The notes beneath the pieces are model-generated. The model made no database searches. It was not told the DNA's origin and worked only from the letters and a program-made list of their open reading frames with translations. This document shows positions 61,038 to 64,000 of a stretch of DNA of 64,000 nucleotides, piece by piece; within the stretch, counting starts at the first letter, position 1, and every line of letters begins with the position of its first letter. A program made the translations under genes and the position numbers. The stretch is from assembly GCA_013288345.1 (NCBI GenBank), contig JABDCA010000004.1:1351-65350 (forward strand). Reading direction: 5' to 3'. This DNA is from Bacteroidota bacterium (lineage in GTDB: Bacteria > Bacteroidota > Bacteroidia > JABEUT01).

Positions 61038-61745
61038 TTAGTAACTGATTATATCGATACCGCCAAATATGGCAGTACCATTAACAAGTAATACTTTTTT
61101 AGATGCAGCTGCATTATGAAACTGCCTTTTATCATCGGTGCCGGCAAAAACATGAACCACGTTTACCCGCACATCCCAGTCAGATGGGACAATAAGTTTT
61201 ACGCCGCCAAATACAACAACAAGGTCGAGCACAGCAGTATTATCAATATCTGCCTGCATAAAGTTAATTTCTGTTCCACCAAATACATTTACAATCTCTC
61301 CTTTCGAAAAGCTTTTAGAAAGAATAGTTTTACGGGCGCCCCAGAAAATTGCAACAGAATTAAATACATTGCTTCCATCGGCATCATTATCACCACCATA
61401 AGCATTAGTTAATGGATTGGTACGTGGGCGAAAAATAACCGACAACCCAATTACTATAATTACAATAGGCCAGAAATATGCACCAATTGAAAAACTTATC
61501 CACCCCTGATGCCTGGCAAGGAAATAGCAGCCTATAACTACCAACCATAAAGAAGCAAGGCTGCGGAATCTTCGTTTAACAGCAATATAACCCCCCAACC
61601 CAATCATAAAAGCAGGCCAGGTAAAAAGCCAACCATAAATAGGGTACCCCATTCTGCGGAGCAATAACAATATACCTGCAACAAGTATAGCAAAGCCTGC
61701 TACTGCCCTACCGGAACTATTTCTTTGTTGAGGGTAGTTTTCCAT
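61038..61745 (-). CDS. LiaF-like membrane protein (DUF5668 + DUF2154-like)
   Basis: 4 TM with FWP; VFGGTEINF, FGGVKLIVPSDWDV, FGGIDI. Confidence 0.82.
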   Translation of the reverse strand: MENYPQQRNSSGRAVAGFAILVAGILLLLRRMGYPIYGWLFTWPAFMIGLGGYIAVKRRFRSLASLWLVVIGCYFLARHQGWISFSIGAYFWPIVIIVIGLSVIFRPRTNPLTNAYGGDNDADGSNVFNSVAIFWGARKTILSKSFSKGEIVNVFGGTEINFMQADIDNTAVLDLVVVFGGVKLIVPSDWDVRVNVVHVFAGTDDKRQFHNAAASKKVLLVNGTAIFGGIDIISY

Positions 61746-61762
61746 TACTATTAAAGTAAGTC

Positions 61763-62272
61763 TTAATAACCGAGTATAAACTCGAGTTTCACGTCATCAA
61801 TATAAAAATCGCCTTTGCTTACATTCCAAGGGTAAACAGCAAGTGAATTTTCAGGTTTATTTATAGTATCATTAAAGGTAAAGTCAGTTTCAACCTTTTG
61901 CCATTCGCCACGTTTTGGAACAAGATCGCTCAGGTTTCTGGCTGTCCATAATGCATCGGTCTTATCGGGTCTCTTTATATTCACAACAAGCTTACCTTGT
62001 GCATTTGGGTTAAGGTATGCCCAAAAACTTAGCTTCACTTTTATTACCTTATCATCAGATATTTCCCTAAAAAGCTGACTAAATGTCAATCCGAATACAT
62101 GAACGGAATCAAACTTATTGGAGTAAATACCTGAATGGGCATACTTTTTACTAAGGTTTATAGGTGTCCAACCTTTAATGGACTCCAAATCATTATAATA
62201 AACCAATCCTTTTTGCTTAGGCACATTGCATGCACAAAGCAGTATTAAACAAAAACAAGCAATTTTTCTCAT
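61763..62272 (-). CDS. lipoprotein with carbohydrate-binding-like beta-sandwich
   Basis: LCAC lipobox; AHSGIYS, GEWQKV, FYIDDVKL. Confidence 0.7.
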   Translation of the reverse strand: MRKIACFCLILLCACNVPKQKGLVYYNDLESIKGWTPINLSKKYAHSGIYSNKFDSVHVFGLTFSQLFREISDDKVIKVKLSFWAYLNPNAQGKLVVNIKRPDKTDALWTARNLSDLVPKRGEWQKVETDFTFNDTINKPENSLAVYPWNVSKGDFYIDDVKLEFILGY

Positions 62273-62292
62273 AAAGCAAAAGTATAATTATA

Positions 62293-63699
62293 TCAGGTAT
62301 ATATCCAAACATTGCTAAGATACATATTGAATAAATAGGTATGCCATATAATGGCAGGAATGATATAAAGCAATAAGGCAACATATTTCAGTTTTGCAGG
62401 CAGATACTTTTCGAACAATATGAGTGGCACAAACAAAACAAGTAAATAAAGGCCAACATATTCGAACCTTATTAAGTTGCCTGCGTAATGCACCGTAATA
62501 AGAAACAATACCAAACATATAAGAGACAAAAGCACTGCACTTAGTTTATATGTAAATGCAACCTTCTCCAGCTTTTCAGGTAATTGAAAAAGAATTATAT
62601 AAAAGAACGGCACAGCCATGGTATAGCGGAAGAAGCCGTTAATAACATTGCCACTGGTAAATATAAAATATCCAATAACAGCGGTCATAAATAACATAGA
62701 TACGTTAAACATGTATTCCTTTATATATATATCGTCTCCTTCAAATAAAGAGAATGTTTTCCTTTCTGTTTTCTTTACTAATGAAGACACACTCAATACT
62801 ATTGAATATATAAGTGCAGGCAAAGCAAGAAAAAAGATGGAAAAGGAATTCATTCCAAAACCTTCGGTTGACCAATCAGTTATTCTATTAAAGAAACCTG
62901 ATTCTTTTGGCCAAAGTTCCCATGTATCGAAATAGGCTGTCCAGGAATCGCTATAATAATATTGAACCACTGTCACAATAAACCAACCCGAAACTACAGG
63001 GGCAATAGTTAAAGCACTTTGTTTAAGAAAATGCTTAAAATCCCGATGACGGAAGAGGTATATAATATCTGTACTTATAAAGGCAAGTATTAAAACCACC
63101 ACGGCAGGCCTGGTCATACTAAAGCATATCATACCTAAAAAGTAAAGCCAATATTTCTTCCTGAACAGACCAATTAATGCAACAGCAAGTGTCAACACAA
63201 ATAATGATTCAGCATAGGGCAAATAATAAACAGCTGCTGATGGCAATAACAGGGCAATTATAAAAAAGAACATATCATATCGTTTATCACTCATGAATAA
63301 TTGAGATAAAAAAATGAGCGCTAGCCCAAAGAAAAGGTAGTTTAACAATATAATATGATGTGACCTTATGCCGGATAGCATCCATACAATAGGAAAGAAA
63401 GGATAAAAGGCATACCTATCAATATAATGAGGGTCTACATCGGCATATAACTTATTACGTATAGTAAGGTAATATGCAGCATCCCAGTTATAGGCATTAT
63501 CTTCAGTAACATTAATAAAGGGCTTGTTAACCTTATTAATAGTGTAACGCTTTACAGTACCTGTGCGTTCATAGTTATCTGAAATCCGCCCTATTGTATT
63601 ATTATAAACAGCGGGTTTTTGCAGTAAATTAAAAACCACTGAAAACAATACAAATACAGTAATAACTATAGAGAACTTAAGAAGTACTTTTTTTAGCAT
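62293..63699 (-). CDS. GT-C/mannosyltransferase-like multi-pass membrane protein
   Basis: WDAAYY, AFYPFFP, YAESLF, TRP motifs reminiscent of PIG-V-like transferases. Confidence 0.7.
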   Translation of the reverse strand: MLKKVLLKFSIVITVFVLFSVVFNLLQKPAVYNNTIGRISDNYERTGTVKRYTINKVNKPFINVTEDNAYNWDAAYYLTIRNKLYADVDPHYIDRYAFYPFFPIVWMLSGIRSHHIILLNYLFFGLALIFLSQLFMSDKRYDMFFFIIALLLPSAAVYYLPYAESLFVLTLAVALIGLFRKKYWLYFLGMICFSMTRPAVVVLILAFISTDIIYLFRHRDFKHFLKQSALTIAPVVSGWFIVTVVQYYYSDSWTAYFDTWELWPKESGFFNRITDWSTEGFGMNSFSIFFLALPALIYSIVLSVSSLVKKTERKTFSLFEGDDIYIKEYMFNVSMLFMTAVIGYFIFTSGNVINGFFRYTMAVPFFYIILFQLPEKLEKVAFTYKLSAVLLSLICLVLFLITVHYAGNLIRFEYVGLYLLVLFVPLILFEKYLPAKLKYVALLLYIIPAIIWHTYLFNMYLSNVWIYT

Positions 63700-63936
63700 A
63701 TGGAGTAACTAAAACCACCTAAAAATAGCATTTTTTTTAACCTAAGGCATAACCCTATTTAACAGTAACATTTAAAGGTTCGGGTATTGTAAATTAAAAA
63801 GAAACGAATAAATTTGTACGATCAAAATATCTTTATAAAATATAGTTTTTCTTACACTCAGATCATAAACCGGGTGTATCTAGATTGTGTACTTACACTA
63901 ATCATTTTGTTCAATTAACTATTTATAAAGAATCAC

Positions 63937-64000
63937 ATGAAAGACATTATAAAAATTGCCATTATTGGTTGCACAGGGAAATCAGGCAAATACTTGGTCA
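63937..64000 (+). CDS. NAD(P)-binding Rossmann-fold protein (truncated by window end)
   Basis: MKDIIKIAIIGCTGKSGKYLV, GxxGxxG motif. Confidence 0.7.
   Translation, partial: MKDIIKIAIIGCTGKSGKYLV

Noticed and set aside
63810-63936. Structured leader upstream of the final partial CDS
   Set aside because: Only weak pairing (ACAC/GTGT); no recognisable riboswitch or terminator

Overview
A 64-kb chromosomal window from a Bacteroidota bacterium, judged from TAnnTTTG -7 promoters, a T9SS type-B CTD protein, a parA-parB-DUF5683 block and cysS next to an M28 glutaminyl cyclase. Most of it is housekeeping: recQ, comB-like, gcvT, bshB1, dapF, degP, parAB, queE, dprA, cysS, tag, ilvE and tRNA-Ser(GGA). 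No CRISPR array, rRNA, transposase or integrase is evident. Points worth attention: (1) three tandem paralogs sharing a conserved, uncharacterised 4-Cys N-terminal domain with divergent exported C-termini; (2) a membrane-anchored Cys/Met/His-rich metallothionein-like protein; (3) many orphan palindromic intergenic elements, one family of which brackets a tonB-like gene as an inverted pair and also sits in-frame inside a protein; (4) a rod-like palindromic insert bounded by a tRNA 3'-end duplication; (5) an mntH plus MnoP-like porin operon with a perfect DtxR/MntR box, beside a heptaheme-TPR protein; (6) an ECF42-type sigma/YciI locus with two identical tandem promoters; (7) an orphan PP2C-pstS-response regulator islet with 11-bp periodic boxes; (8) two candidate sRNAs. 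All family assignments come from motif recognition by eye, not from database searches.
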